Both the position numbers and the translations under genes were made by a program. DNA of 64,000 nt from Eledone cirrhosa (taxonomy: Eukaryota), in contig OZ024742.1 of NCBI GenBank assembly GCA_964016885.1, positions 268,894,001 to 268,958,000 of the forward strand, given 5' to 3'. Position 1 is the stretch's first letter. The number at the start of each line of letters is the position of its first letter. This document shows, piece after piece, positions 12,683-28,257 of the stretch. A model generated the notes under the pieces. The model was not told the DNA's origin, made no database searches, and was given only the letters and a program-made list of their open reading frames with translations.

Positions 12683-12751
12683 TATATATATATATATTAA
12701 AATAACATTAAAGTTTAAGCAAAGAATCGCTGCTTTCACCCTTAAGACAGG

Positions 12752-12943
12752 ATTAATTCGTCATAATCGTTTATTGCATGTTATATATTTCTGTTACATG
12801 GTTGCTCATGTGAATTCATCAGATTATTATGCATTCATAGTTGCATTTATGTTACTATGATTGCGTTAGGATCTGATGAAGTCACATGAATAATCATGTA
12901 ACAGAAATATGTATCATGCAATAAACAATTATGATGAATTAAT
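12752..12943. mobile_element. small fold-back with hammerhead cores in both arms
   Basis: Arms ~12752-12840 and ~12853-12943; plus strand at-CTGATGA-a-gtcacatg..catgtaac-a-GAAA-tatgta-TC-at (12871-12917); mirror at 12778-12824. Confidence 0.7.
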
Positions 12944-13857
12944 TCGATCTTTACTACTCTTATTTGATAAATGATTACTCCGTAGCTAATAATCACCAAC
13001 ACCTACGTGGGATAAACTACTGACGTGAAGTGCTTTCGGATTCGTTAGGACCGACCTAGACTCAAGATGTTACATCTAAGATTTACCATCTATTTATAAG
13101 GAACATTCCTCTGCAATATATTTATTCACATGCATTTATAGAAAGAGTAACAGTTATAACGACATAGGGTAAAAATAAAAAAAGACTTCAACATTTCCGA
13201 AAATTTACAATCATATATCAGACACACATAGATGTAAGTGCATCAATTTATTCACACACATAAAACTTCTTTGCATCAAGAGAAACCTCTCTTCAACTAA
13301 CATATTGACGTTTGCTCTATGCTGTAAATAAAAATTTAATTAAAATTTCTTCACCGTCTATTCAGATTTTTTAAGTTAATTCAGTTTTCAAAAATAGCTT
13401 TTTTTTCATTGATTTTGTTTCGCATGGAAATAATTGATCCTATATCCAGAAAAGGTTTCTTCAAATCTAATATATTCAAATTAGTCATGATATTGATAAA
13501 CTATATAATGGAAAGAATAATTAAAATGGCTTGTTTCTTATTTATATATTAATTTATTTCATTCATGTGTTTTGATTTTGATTTCTTGTGATCATACTTT
13601 ATTGATTTTATTTCAAGATGTTTGTATCTTTATGTTATAGAAAGTCTATTATAAATTAGGCAGGCTGGTTGCAATGTTGATTTGAATTCAATGGGTATTG
13701 CTTGCGAAAATGTGTATACGCACACATGTGTTTAATGGTTTCCATACGTATAACAATATAGTAAACGCATAAATACCAAAATGTATGCCTTTATATATAT
13801 ACATCCATTCAGTAATGCAGACACATAGGGATTTATTCACGCTCACATACATAAGTA

Positions 13858-13983
<126 letters not shown>

Positions 13984-14106
13984 GGAGGTGAGTTTTATTG
14001 TAGTACAATAAAGCAATGCAGATATCGGATAAGAAGCACTCTACAATTTGTAGGACTGGAGTATACATAATATAAGATCAAAAGATGGTTAAAGGAGTTC
14101 CATGTA

Positions 14107-14173
14107 TTTTATTATGCGCATTTCAAAAACAAACATCATCATGCAATAATATTTGTGTTTTCATCAGATAAAA
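14107..14173 (-). ncRNA. canonical type I hammerhead ribozyme (mirror copy)
   Basis: Reverse complement of 14384-14450. Confidence 0.85.
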
Positions 14174-14383
14174 CAGGAGAACATGATATGAAGGCTAAAA
14201 AACACCTGTGGACAGTGCAGTTTTAAATCAACATATGAAAAGTGGTTTTCATCCTTTCCACCCCCCTCTCTAAATAAAATATTTTTCCCAATATCACACA
14301 TCAATCTAAAACCACTTTTCATATGTTGATTTAAAACTGCACTGTCCACAGGTGTTTTTTAGCCTTCATATCATGTTCTCCTG

Positions 14384-14450
14384 TTTTATCTGATGAAAAC
14401 ACAAATATTATTGCATGATGATGTTTGTTTTTGAAATGCGCATAATAAAA
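14384..14450 (+). ncRNA. canonical type I hammerhead ribozyme
   Basis: ttttat-CTGATGA-(long stem II)-GAAA-tgcgca-TA-ataaaa; 6-bp stem I and palindromic stem III. Confidence 0.85.
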
Positions 14451-15046
14451 TACATGGAACTCCTTTAACCATCTTTTGATCTTATATTATATATATATAT
14501 ATATATATATCAGTATGTGTTGGGTGTAAATCGAAGTCGTAGATGCAATATACCAGGTGCTAATCGAAACTCTTTGAGGCAGTCAATATATTAACGTCCA
14601 GAGTAAACACAAAAGTTCTGAATGTGTGACACCAAGTAAAGTGACCAGAAGCAGGGGATCTACGTCTACCACATCAGCGAAAGAAACAAGTAGTTTGAAG
14701 AGTCACCTTGAACATCACGTGTCGATTATAATCGTTAGAAATCGATAAAAATAATCAATAGTTTTCTGCGAATTCAGGAAAGAACATGCATGTGCAATTC
14801 ATGTGTGCATACCCACGATGGAATTAGAGTTTCCATCTTAGGCAGGTTTTGCTACCTTGTATCCCGTGTTTCCGTCTTGTGACACAAGCATTTTACCGAT
14901 AGTAGAACATCTAGCTGTGATAGGACGTAATCTTTCTCCAAAGAAGAACAGAAGATGGCCGAACTATTGGAGGTTATTATATATAAATATATGTGTGTGT
15001 GTGTGTGTATGCATACGTACACAAACACACACATACACACACACAG

Positions 15047-15113
<67 letters not shown>

Positions 15114-16480
15114 ATATCGAAAATTAATCATAATATTCAATTCCTTCGTAAACAAACGTTCCGATTAATGCTGCGACCAATCTTCAACCATTTGTTCAAC
15201 AATGGCATCGAGAAAAAATTCAAAATGTTTCTGGGTCATTACCCTTCAGCAGGACTGCATACCTTTCTGCCAATCTATTGAACGGTTGAACATTTATAGC
15301 ATTTTCTTCAGTATACGGCTGAGTAGGCTCATTTGTATACATAGCGAGTTACGGCGGGCCTTGATGAAAATTAAAAATAAAATGAGAATATATATATATA
15401 TATATTCACACACACACAAATATACATATACATATGTACGTATGGGTTATATAGAACATTGATAATAATATTCGATTCCTTTGTAAAAAACGGCCCGATT
15501 AAAACTGGCTAGGGCAGCCGTAACTCACCCAGTATGCAAATGAGGCAAGGGGTTTGCCATGGGGTGGTTATGTGTGTATGTCGAAGGGAAGAATTTAGTA
15601 CATGTGTGAGGTTTCTGTCTGTGTCCCATTGTATTGTAAAGAGAATTCTGTGAAGCTATGGTTTTTTGTGTGTGTATGCAAGTGTGATTGTCCGTGTGTG
15701 TATGTTCTATGTATGTGAGTGTGTACTATCACGTGCCTGTTGAACAAGTGTCTGTGTGTGTGCATACAGGCAGGTGTGTGTAGATATTTTTTTATTAGTG
15801 TAAATGTGTACGCATGTCTGTATATGTCTGTGTATGAGATTATTTTTTGGGGCGGGGGCTTATTCGTATGTTACTGTGTCTGTGTGCTATTACCACGTGT
15901 GTGTATTGTATCACATGAGTGTTGTGGTAGTTCCGTCAGTGGCAGGATTAAATGATGTACATATGGTTGAGTGTGTATGTTCATGTAGTGTATGTTTGTG
16001 TGTGTGTGTATGTGTGTGCATGTGTGTACGTCTGTGTGCTGTAGTCTTCCGGGTATTCCAGGAGAGCAGTAGTCAACTGTGGTACTTCGAGGACAGTAAG
16101 GTTAGATGAGCGCGAAAATGAGAGAAGAAGGAGGTGGATGCGCACGCAGACGGAATTAGCTTGAGAAGGGGAAGAGGTAGTGGGGTGTATGTATTGGTTT
16201 CGTAGCATGTATGCATATATATATATATATCTATATATATATATATATATATATCAGTGTCCGTCTTTGGCGCTGGACTACTGTTCTCATTCTCTTCTGT
16301 TTTCCTATTTCTGCCCTTTGACTATATTTGTATAATTTTCTTAAAGGCATAACTTGTCTCAACCTGTTTTGTTATGTCCCAATGTGCACTGTAATGATAG
16401 GTATCAACGTTAATGCATTAGAACCGCGGTGGTTTCCAAAGATTACCCGAGAAGATCGGAATGTCCTATTTTCCACTTTT

Positions 16481-16815
<335 letters not shown>

Positions 16816-16832
16816 TATATATATATATATAT

Positions 16833-17031
16833 AGGTAAGTTAGTCGGGTTGAATCGGAGGTAACCACAGTAAGTAAGGTACTAAATACATAGCAGAGTAT
16901 AAAAGTGTTAATATCGATGAGATTCTACAGGACTAGAACTCTTTCATTCTTGAGAAATCATCAGAGATCTCTGATGATGTCTCAAGAATAAAACACTTCT
17001 AGTCCTGTAGAATCTCATCTATGTTAAAACT

Positions 17032-17033
<2 letters not shown>
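16833..17033. mobile_element. spacerless fold-back with hammerhead-like cores
   Basis: Palindrome centred at 16967/16968 (arms ~16901-16967 and 16968-17033); CTGATGA at 16971-16977 and its mirror at 16958-16964; GAAA intact only on the minus strand; extra tail 16833-16900. Confidence 0.7.
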
Positions 17034-17067
<34 letters not shown>

Positions 17068-17107
17068 CATATATATATACATATATACATATATATAGAC
17101 ATATATA

Positions 17108-18443
<1,336 letters not shown>

Positions 18444-18523
<80 letters not shown>

Positions 18524-18539
18524 CATATATATATGTATA

Positions 18540-18575
<36 letters not shown>

Positions 18576-18633
18576 ATCATATATATATAAATATATATAT
18601 ATAATCATATGATTATATATATATATATATATA

Positions 18634-18696
<63 letters not shown>
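18444..18696. repeat. interrupted (TA)n tract with ataatc inserts
   Basis: Directly visible. Confidence 0.95.
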
Positions 18697-18701
<5 letters not shown>

Positions 18702-20446
18702 CATATGCGTGAGTATATGCATAGAAGTATATATACACGTATATGCATATATGCGTGTGTAGTTATGTACGTGTATGTAGATGCTTACTTCTCTGTACGC
18801 GAATGCCAATAATTTTGAATGCCGTATTTCTTATACTGCATCGATATAAGTCAACATTGAGATACAGTTTGGTGTTTCGTTTGTCTCTAATTACATAATT
18901 ATTGAATGAAGTTCAAGTTTGCCAGACAAATATGTTTTGTCGTTGTGCGATGTCATTGATTTATGTGTACGGTTCAATCTATTGTTACTAAGCACTAATA
19001 TATACGAAGAGCAGTAAACAAGTTGCGTTTCCCTTACGTCATAACGTACCGAGCTGTTGCCTATATGTCGAAAGCTATGGAGAGATGCCCAAGCAGGAAC
19101 TAATATAAATATACTATATTGTTTGTCTTTACGGGAGATTCTCCACAATAACATTTTACTCATTGCACTTTTGATTTTACTTATGTAAATAAATGCATTT
19201 TTGTGACCCATTGTGATGTGTTTGGAAAAACCAATGTTTATCCCTTATACATATTTTTTCTATGTAATTAATTCAAACATGTTCTTTACTGATTAAGGAA
19301 CAGAACATTGTTTGAATTCCAAGGAGCTACTCTGCACCATAATCTGTTTTCGTACAACACCGTGGTGCTAAATTTACATACCAATAAATTATAGTACATC
19401 AACTCAAGGAGACTTCCTATATATTCAAATTGAGTGAAAACTTGTAATTCACATGCTCCTCCCCTAGCTGACTATAGTTTGAAAATAATAAAAATGGAAC
19501 AATTTGATGGACATACAATTCGACTGATATGCAGCCCATTGCAAACTCTATTTCAATACTATAATGATTTTGCAAAATACCATCGGCTTTCGAAAATATA
19601 TTTTGCAGTCCTTAATTACTGCTCTTCATTTTTCTGTATCCAGCTGAGGCGTGAAATTTGCATTTTCTTTTTTCCGACTATAATATTATGAATCGCCAGC
19701 GAATTACTACTTTCACTTTGACTTAAATTCATTTTCTCTTTCAACATTTTCTTTATTTTCACGTACAAGATTCACCGATTCCGCAAAATGATGGGAAATT
19801 AACAAGAAATAATAATGTTAAAGAGATGAATGGAGGAGTTTTGGAATGAATAGAAAATAAATAACTTCATAAGGTAAATAATAATATTTTTTGCATTCTG
19901 TGAGAGCTATGACAGATTTATCTCATCGAATTGTTTAAGTATTGGCGACTAATTAACCGTTAATTCATAATAAACTGCTCCTAATTTTGTCGAGCTCTAC
20001 CGGGTGGGTTTTTTTGCTGCTATTTCTAGTGACATTATAAGTTTGACAAGTAGTCCTAATATGCTAGGGGATTTTGATAAATAAACGCTACACGTGTTTA
20101 ATTCTACCATGCTGCCCCAGGAAAATGAAAACAATATGTATTATATTTTGATCAGTTTCTCTTAGCATATGAAGAAATAAACTCCCTTAAGAGTATGGCT
20201 GATTTTCAATTATTGGTGTTTCCAATGAGAATTTTTTTCTACTGAAACCATATCAGGAAGATCTATATATAAGAGAGTTTTAAAAAAATACGTATTTTGT
20301 TTGTATTTCCATGATTAGAGTTTTTTTCTCATTTAGTATATAATATTGCTTCTCTGAAATATTTCTCATTCAGATGTTTAAGTATTAGAGACTAATTAAC
20401 CTTTGATTAATATGTTTATACATACACATATATATATATGTATACC

Positions 20447-20468
20447 TTGTGTGTGTGTGTGTGTGGGT

Positions 20469-20548
<80 letters not shown>

Positions 20549-20551
20549 GTG

Positions 20552-20639
<88 letters not shown>
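20447..20639. repeat. (TG)n microsatellite
   Basis: Directly visible. Confidence 0.98.
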
Positions 20640-20641
<2 letters not shown>

Positions 20642-20965
20642 GCAGTGAACTTGCTAAGCGATGTCCTCTGGAGTTATGAAACTCATAGAATATGAAAGAA
20701 ACTCTGATAGAATTAACTGCCATAAATAATAGCTCAGAATATCGAGTAAAATTCCCTTCTCGACGAAAAAGCCTTACCGGTGGCTGCTACTGAAAGTCAA
20801 ACCCACTGTATTTCAGATAACGGCTGACTTTGCTAATTACTGAACTAAATGACCGCTGGACACGTTTTACGCCCATAGGTATATTTTAACCGATTTTCGA
20901 AGCTGCTACGAGTGGCAATCGACTATATTTGTACTTCATTTTTGCACTCGCAATTATTAAATGAA

Positions 20966-21292
20966 TTAGTGGTTAGAGGATTGAGCTTACAATATGGAGG
21001 TTGTAAATTCGTTTCTCAGTCCGGGTGTTGCATTGTGTCTTTGGGCAAGATACTTTTTATTTCATGGTGTTCACTCAGCTGTAGGAATGAATTGCGATGA
21101 CATTGGTGCCAGGCTGTATCGGCCATTGCCTTTCCGTTGGACATCATCGGTGGCGTGGAGTGGGGAAGCTAATATGCATAGGTGACTGCTGATCTTCCAA
21201 AAACAACCTTGGCCAGACTTGTGCCTTGGAAGGAAACATTCTAGCTGCAAATCCCATGGTGATTCGTGACCGAAGGTTTTTTTTACCCTTTA
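20966..21292 (+). mobile_element. tRNA-derived SINE, second family, diverged
   Basis: tRNA-like head tagtggttagag...ggttgtaaattcgtttctc followed by ttgtgtctttgggcaagatactt...cactcagctgta body and a tttaccctttac tail. Confidence 0.65.
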
Positions 21293-22529
21293 CTTATATT
21301 CACAAATATGTATGAGTGTCTACACATTTTATTTTACTTTATCGATTTAAATTTTTTTGGTCGTAAAACTGTGCTTTCAAGCATCATTAGCAGTTTAAAC
21401 AAATGTGAATTGATTCTACCCGTCATTATTATCATAGTGTAATGTTCGGCATTTCACCACATATCCTTCTCCTCTGTTGCATTTACATTTAAATTTACAA
21501 ATATAGAAACATGTGTTATTTGTATGTTTTTTTCTTCTGAAAATCTTTAAGTGAATGACGTGTTTGTTAATATGAAATGAAACATCCTCACGAGTCAGTG
21601 CACGCATTATTTAAATATATTACTGCAAGGAAACATATACAATTATTAAAGTGTATTTTTCATGTGGCTTAACTTCCATGTATAATTAACATACCTAAGA
21701 ACTTTATATAAACAATCCATGTTTATTGCAGTCTATTGTTTATAAATAGGGATATTGCTTTTATTATATATAGGATTCACACCTAATTTAGCTCGATAAA
21801 TCGATTTAGGATTTTGACAAGCTATGTATTCACAAACATATGTTGTAAAGAAAAAAAATAGCACGTCGTAATATTTTGTAAGCCAGATGCAAACGAGGAT
21901 AAAAGACGCAGTATAAATCATTGATATTTCCAATCAGGATTGCACATAGAGCGCTACATGAATATGTTGAATATATATATATATTGTCCTATTCGGAAGT
22001 GTGTACAATTTAATGATGTGTATTAAAATCTGCAGGTCTCTCTGTGCGTTCACGAAGTTGATGTTGTAAAAATCATGTCGTGGATTCGATCCCACTGCGT
22101 GGCATCTTGACAATTTGAGTTTACGAGTCTCGAGTGCAATCAAGATTTTGGAGTGAAATTGAGTAGACGGAAACTGTGGAAACCTGACGGATATGATGGT
22201 ACCTATAATTCAAAATGTTAGTCTTGTCACCCATTCTGTCTCACTGAATCTACCTGAGAAATATGTATCTGTGAAATCATACTGCACTTTCTGGATACAT
22301 CTCGATGAAGATGTAAAGTTGATTGATAACATGCATAATAACCGACGACACAGAAAAGGTTCTATCAGCATTTAGAAGAGAAAATTTGATCTAAAATATG
22401 TGTATCTTGTGGAAACGTATTAAAGAATGATTGATGTACATCTGGCGGTACCGATGGCGAGAGATTCACCTAATAAAATTGAGATAACAGCTTTCTAGTG
22501 AAATTAAATTGCAAATTGTGGAGCATTCC

Positions 22530-22740
22530 ATGAACACGACATGTACCTGTATAGAGATCTTCCGGAAGATTCAACGTGACACATTGTGTGAGGATGCTGG
22601 CCGTTAGAAATGTATGTTCCACGTATTTTTACAAGCTGATTAAAGTGTTCCGCTCAGGGACACATGGTGCCAACGGAAATTGAACATATGACTTCATGAT
22701 TGTTGTTAGCGAAACACACTATCTCCTAAACCGCTGCCTT
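22530..22740 (-). mobile_element. old SINE relic
   Basis: Minus strand has B-box-like tgttcaatttcc followed by gtgtccctgagcggaacacttt, similar to the body at 21039-21060. Confidence 0.4.
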
Positions 22741-23633
22741 CGTATCAATATTTTTGTAAAAATTGTATTCAGAACTTCAATTTTATTACAGATTTTAAAT
22801 AACATGTCTAGATTTAGAATATGTGGTCAAATGACGCCCAAAATCTAAAGCAGAATTAAATTTGAACTCGATTATGTATGTAGTGGTTTCACTCAATGGA
22901 AGCCAATTACCATTTTACATACACTATTCAACAAGAAATAGCATAGATAAGATGCTAAGAAAAAATACCCAACGATCATTCTAAAATAGAAGCTATCATT
23001 CACTGTCCACCAAATTGTAAATGAAATAAGACCTGGAATAATGTAGGTCGAGGTATGCAATGCCTTTTTGAAAATATTGTGGCTGAAATATATATCATCG
23101 TGTGTCCATTAAGCCTAGGCAAAATAACAACTACGAAATAAAAAAAAAAGAGAAAAAGTAGGTGTGCTAAGCACAGTTATTGCACATCGCAACACGGAAT
23201 ACAATATTTCCACCAACGATCGAATAGCTGCTTGGCAATTTATCTATTGTTGGCTTTAACCCGGTTCAGAGTCAAATCATAAATAAATGAATAGCTAAAA
23301 TCATGTGTTTAATTCTGACAACGAAATTGTTTCTAACATTCTAAATATGTAGTTAAATCACTTTGATTGCTTTGACTTGCCCACTTAACATATGGGCTTT
23401 TATTTGTTAGACCAACTATTTTAAATGCAATCCTATAACCAATCTTGTTATTCATTTTCTTGTGAGAGTAAATAAATGTATTTACGTAAGTATAAATATA
23501 TACGAATGTATGTATACATACATGAACAAACATGTGTATAAACACAATCGTAGAAATAGAGATACATGCAGAGGTATATATATATATTAGACAGACACAC
23601 AATCATATAAACACGAATACACATACACACGTG

Positions 23634-23700
<67 letters not shown>

Positions 23701-24135
23701 GTGTATGTATATATGTGAGTAAGACTGAAAGACAGGGAAAGAAGAAGAGGTGGAACATGTGAGCGTGTAATTTATATTCCTGTTCTCTATTTTCATTTTG
23801 TACATTTTGTTCACCTTTCAGAAACAGAAGTCAAGTATTTACACGTATTTTATTCACACAATTTGTTTTGTTGTTGATTTTACATTATTTTTATCATTTA
23901 GTTAGTAGAAGATTTTTATAAAAAATTGTTTTTCGAGAAATATATGCCCCTTTAGGACAGAGGAATATAAATGGATTAGCCTGGGGCCAGTGGTAAACAG
24001 TTAATTTTAACTGATTTTCACTGTCTTTCTTTTGAATAATGTCTTAATATTTGCATTTTCAGGTGAATTATAAGTATACATCCACACATACAGATAAATA
24101 TACCCAATCAAACGCTATATATACATATGTATATT

Positions 24136-24170
<35 letters not shown>

Positions 24171-24205
24171 GGGTGGAGGGATACACATATGCATGCATGT
24201 GTGTA

Positions 24206-24257
<52 letters not shown>

Positions 24258-24829
24258 ATTGCATGTATGGTGGTGTAACGACACTTAGCTGAACTATTCC
24301 CTTTCAGTTATCTGAGTTATTCTCTACCTTACCCACACGAATATACACAACCGCCTATGGGCGCGTCCACAGTCCTACGTATACATGCATTCATACACAC
24401 TTATATACGTATGCCTTCGTGAGTGAACGTGTGTGTCTATGTACGTGTGTGTCAGTGAGTGGATATATATCTATGTATGTCACTCTATGTGCATATATGC
24501 GTAATGTTTTCTTAGTGTGTCTGTCATTATGTTACTGTGTCGAAGTATATATATGTTATTCATCGTGTTAACTTGTATGTGCTTATACTTATATCTGTAT
24601 GTCCGCAAATGTTTTTATTTTTTCTTATCTTATTTAACCTCGTGTGTGTTTGTGCTTCTATCTTAAACTATGTGTGTACTATAGAGGTTTTGTGATGAAG
24701 AATGGCGTTGGGGGTAATTTCGACAACATTCTGTACGAGTCTGTTATTTCCGATAAACCTGACTTGAATTAATAATGAATGTTCAACACAACACAACACA
24801 GAAGCCATTATAGCTCCTGCACAACTAGC

Positions 24830-24854
24830 ACTGCTGCTGTTGCTGATGCTGCTG

Positions 24855-24915
<61 letters not shown>

Positions 24916-24950
24916 AATAATAATAATGATAATAATAGTACTACTACTAT
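24830..24950. repeat. (GCT)n/(ACT)n/(AAT)n compound microsatellite
   Basis: Directly visible. Confidence 0.95.
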
Positions 24951-27845
24951 CACTGCTATATTCTTTTAATAGACGTCAGAGACACAGGTGTATAAGTCAT
25001 ACCATGGTGAAGTGGAGCAATACCATGCATCACATAAAGATATATAATTACAAAGAAAAGGATTTGAGCAAACAAAATATATACTAATCCTCTCTGATGC
25101 CCACGAACCCTGTCCAAATATAAACAGAAATCATGAACCAAAAAATTACACACCACACTAAATGTGACTAAAAGCCACGATGCACTACCAGCAACACACA
25201 CCACAAACTATCATTATCGGCCAAGATATTCTACATCCACACATATCCCCTTCACCATCTAACAACGACAAACCATACAAACAACTATAAAAATCTACCA
25301 TCAACAAAAACGAAGGAATATTAACAACCAGCGACTACAATTAACCTCAATTATTTACCAACCCTCATCTTGCTTCACTAAATGCACACGAAACCATGAC
25401 TTAGCCACACTAAAATGAAATTACCACAGAAATCGACATCAACTAGTTCTCACCACCATTAACCAAAGAAACTATTATTATCTAGCATTAGACGCCACAA
25501 AATATTAACAGCAAATAGAAAATTCACACACCCGTAACCCTCACCAACACCTGCAATAACTATAACTAAATAATACTAACCACCTCGAACAACCACAAAC
25601 CACGGCAACTAATACAAACTGCCAGATATTATCGCATATGCAATGTTCAAGACCATGACAAGGAGCTAGACAGCTTTATTATGGAAATCACAAAGTGATA
25701 TATATATAAGTACTGAATTGCGGCCTTACATTATTGATGCTCCATTAGTTACGCGTGACATCACATTTAATTTTGAATATCGTACTGAAGACCCACATCC
25801 GTTATTAAACTTACATACCCATCATATAAACAATTTGCATTTGCACCAAGTTTTCTATCTAATAAACCAAAATATAATATTAGAGTTTCAAACTAGACTA
25901 CTAGAATAGTTTTCTCAATAACAGTAATACACGAATCGATGATATAAGGCATTGTTGATTGTTTTGAAATCATATTCTTCGACATTCTGTTTCGCATCTC
26001 TTTTCTTATGTGGTTAGAAATATCTGTCTCCGATGTACGATGTTGTTTTGGGGGTTTGGTGGTTAAACATAAGAAAATATATCTTTAACATTTTTTCTAC
26101 TCTTACAAACCATTCAAAAGTTCTGAGCTATTTTTGCATCGTCATGTTTCATGTTATATATTCTCTACATCTTTCACTCTTCTGCAATTTTAATATTATG
26201 ACAGCTGATACAGATTTCAATATTTTTGTGCATGACAGTATTTTATTCACTAAAATTGTTAACTTTGTTGCTTCATCATCACTCACGTGTGTGTTTTCAA
26301 GTCCAAAATGATGATATATGATGCATGCATACACCCTTGTTGCTCGGTTTAAGTAATTATCTGCAGATATACAGTATATTCCCTGTATAAAACAATCTTG
26401 ATCAAATTTTAATATCTCTTGAGATGTCTTCATATATAGCACCTTGCAAAACAGCTGTATAAGCAACATTTCCATTTGCAAGTAATATTTCTTCTCTTAC
26501 TGGTTGAGTATATTCATTTTCGTTCAATCCTTATTCGACTCGGAAAAGATGTTTATAAACGTATCTCATAAATCCATTTTCTCCGTGATGCATCAATAGG
26601 AAAATTATAGATATTTGTTCCATCGCTTTGCTAAATTAGACTATCCACAATAATGTATTAAACATTCATGATTTAGACTGGGAAATCCTATTGGTAATGC
26701 TAATTGAATTCTGAAACTTATTAAAGTCTGAAACATTTAACCTGAATATTCATTCGGTTGGGTTTAAGAGGCGGAATTGATTAATCGATTATCTACTACA
26801 TTTCGAACATACCATACATTTTGTTAATTCAGGAAGTTCATTTAAAAACGTATCTAGATATTGGCTACAATATTACCTAAAGGATTGTAATATAGCCACA
26901 TTATACAGCCCACTACAGTTTGTTCGGTAAGGACCCCTCACACTAGAAAACAATAAGATCCACTAAGTTGACCAGGTAGTGTGTAGGTGTGTACACTGTA
27001 AATCAATGACCCGCATTTGGGTAAAAAATAACGACGGAAACTAACATACTGAAGCCTTGGGATGAATTATAAGTTCTAACCAAAGTCTAACCTAAAGAAC
27101 AGTTTGGCAAAATAATAAACGTGTGTACATGACATCAGATGCTAACCTTACTAATGCTTAGTGTAATGTTGCAGATTTGGAATTTGGAGAACAATCAAAC
27201 AATAACATAGATAACATGTATTTCCAGTGTTTCATTGAAATAGTCTATAATGATAAAAGCTCCCACGATTAACCAAAACCGTTTACACCAGTAACATTCG
27301 TACACAGTTACATTAAGACCACTCCAAGTTAGGTCAGTTAAAACTCTATTACTTAAATTGTGGCAATATGATAAATTAGTAGCCTGAACAACGGTATTAT
27401 ACAAAAACATTTTTGAATTATCAATATTTGGTAAGATTTATAAAAAGTAAGAAAAACGACGGATAAATAATTTAATTTTATACAGAAAGAAATTATTTAA
27501 ATTCAAATTGAATATGATACATTTCAGCTCAAGCAACATAAAATAAGAAAAAGCTATAAAAACGAACTAATATGAATTGTTATTTCTATAGAATTTCATA
27601 GATTGTTATGAATTTTTTTAAAAAAAGAAGGCGAATTTTCAGAAAGATTTAATTTAAAATAAAAACAATCTCTTTCTGGAAACGTTATTTGGTAATTCAT
27701 ATTATATTGTGAAAAGGCAATTGCAGAGAGCATGCTAATAGTTCCCTCAAAGAACACATTAACTGTTGGATAGTGTGCCTTGAGTTTGTATTTTTACCTT
27801 ATCAGTATTATTATATGATAAAACAATATTCAATAATACTAATAA

Positions 27846-28000
27846 TTGTTTCTACTTTTGGCTCAGTGCCAGCAATTATCTCAGTTATTACTGCTACTTG
27901 ATTTTATTGACCCCGTAAGGATGAAAGGCAAAGTGAACGTCGGCGGGATTTGTACTCAGCATGGCGTCCGACCCTCTACCGATACTGCCAATCCACCGCC
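27846..28000 (-). mobile_element. tRNA-derived SINE, internally deleted
   Basis: Homologous to 28056-28242; flanked by (AAT)n. Confidence 0.85.
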
Positions 28001-28055
28001 GTTCAATAATAATAATAATAATAATCCACCGCCATTCAATAATAATAATAATAAT

Positions 28056-28242
28056 TGTTTCTACTTTTGGCACAAGGCCAGCAATTATCCAGTACATTAC
28101 TGGTACTATATTTCTACCGATCCCGTAAGGATGAAAGGCAAAGTTAACCTCGGTGGGATTTGAACTCAGATCATAAAGGGCCGTAACTCTTTGCTGAAAA
28201 GCATGGCGTCCGACCCTCTACCGATACTGCCAATTCACCGCC
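28056..28242 (-). mobile_element. tRNA-derived SINE, full length
   Basis: Minus strand GGCGGTGAATTGGCAGTATCGG (A box)...GAGTTCAAATCCC (B box)...GTAGAAACAATTATT tail; (AAT)n on both sides. Confidence 0.9.
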
Positions 28243-28257
28243 TATAATAATAATAAT

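Noticed and set aside
14513-14980. Possible PLE RT thumb relic (LSQLDVLL)
   Set aside because: Only one weak motif
18800-27800. Possible host exons in the AT-rich stretch (for example acceptor-like ttttcag at ~24062 and ORF 26149-26481)
   Set aside because: No recognisable protein motif or coherent exon structure; would need RNA-seq or BLASTX
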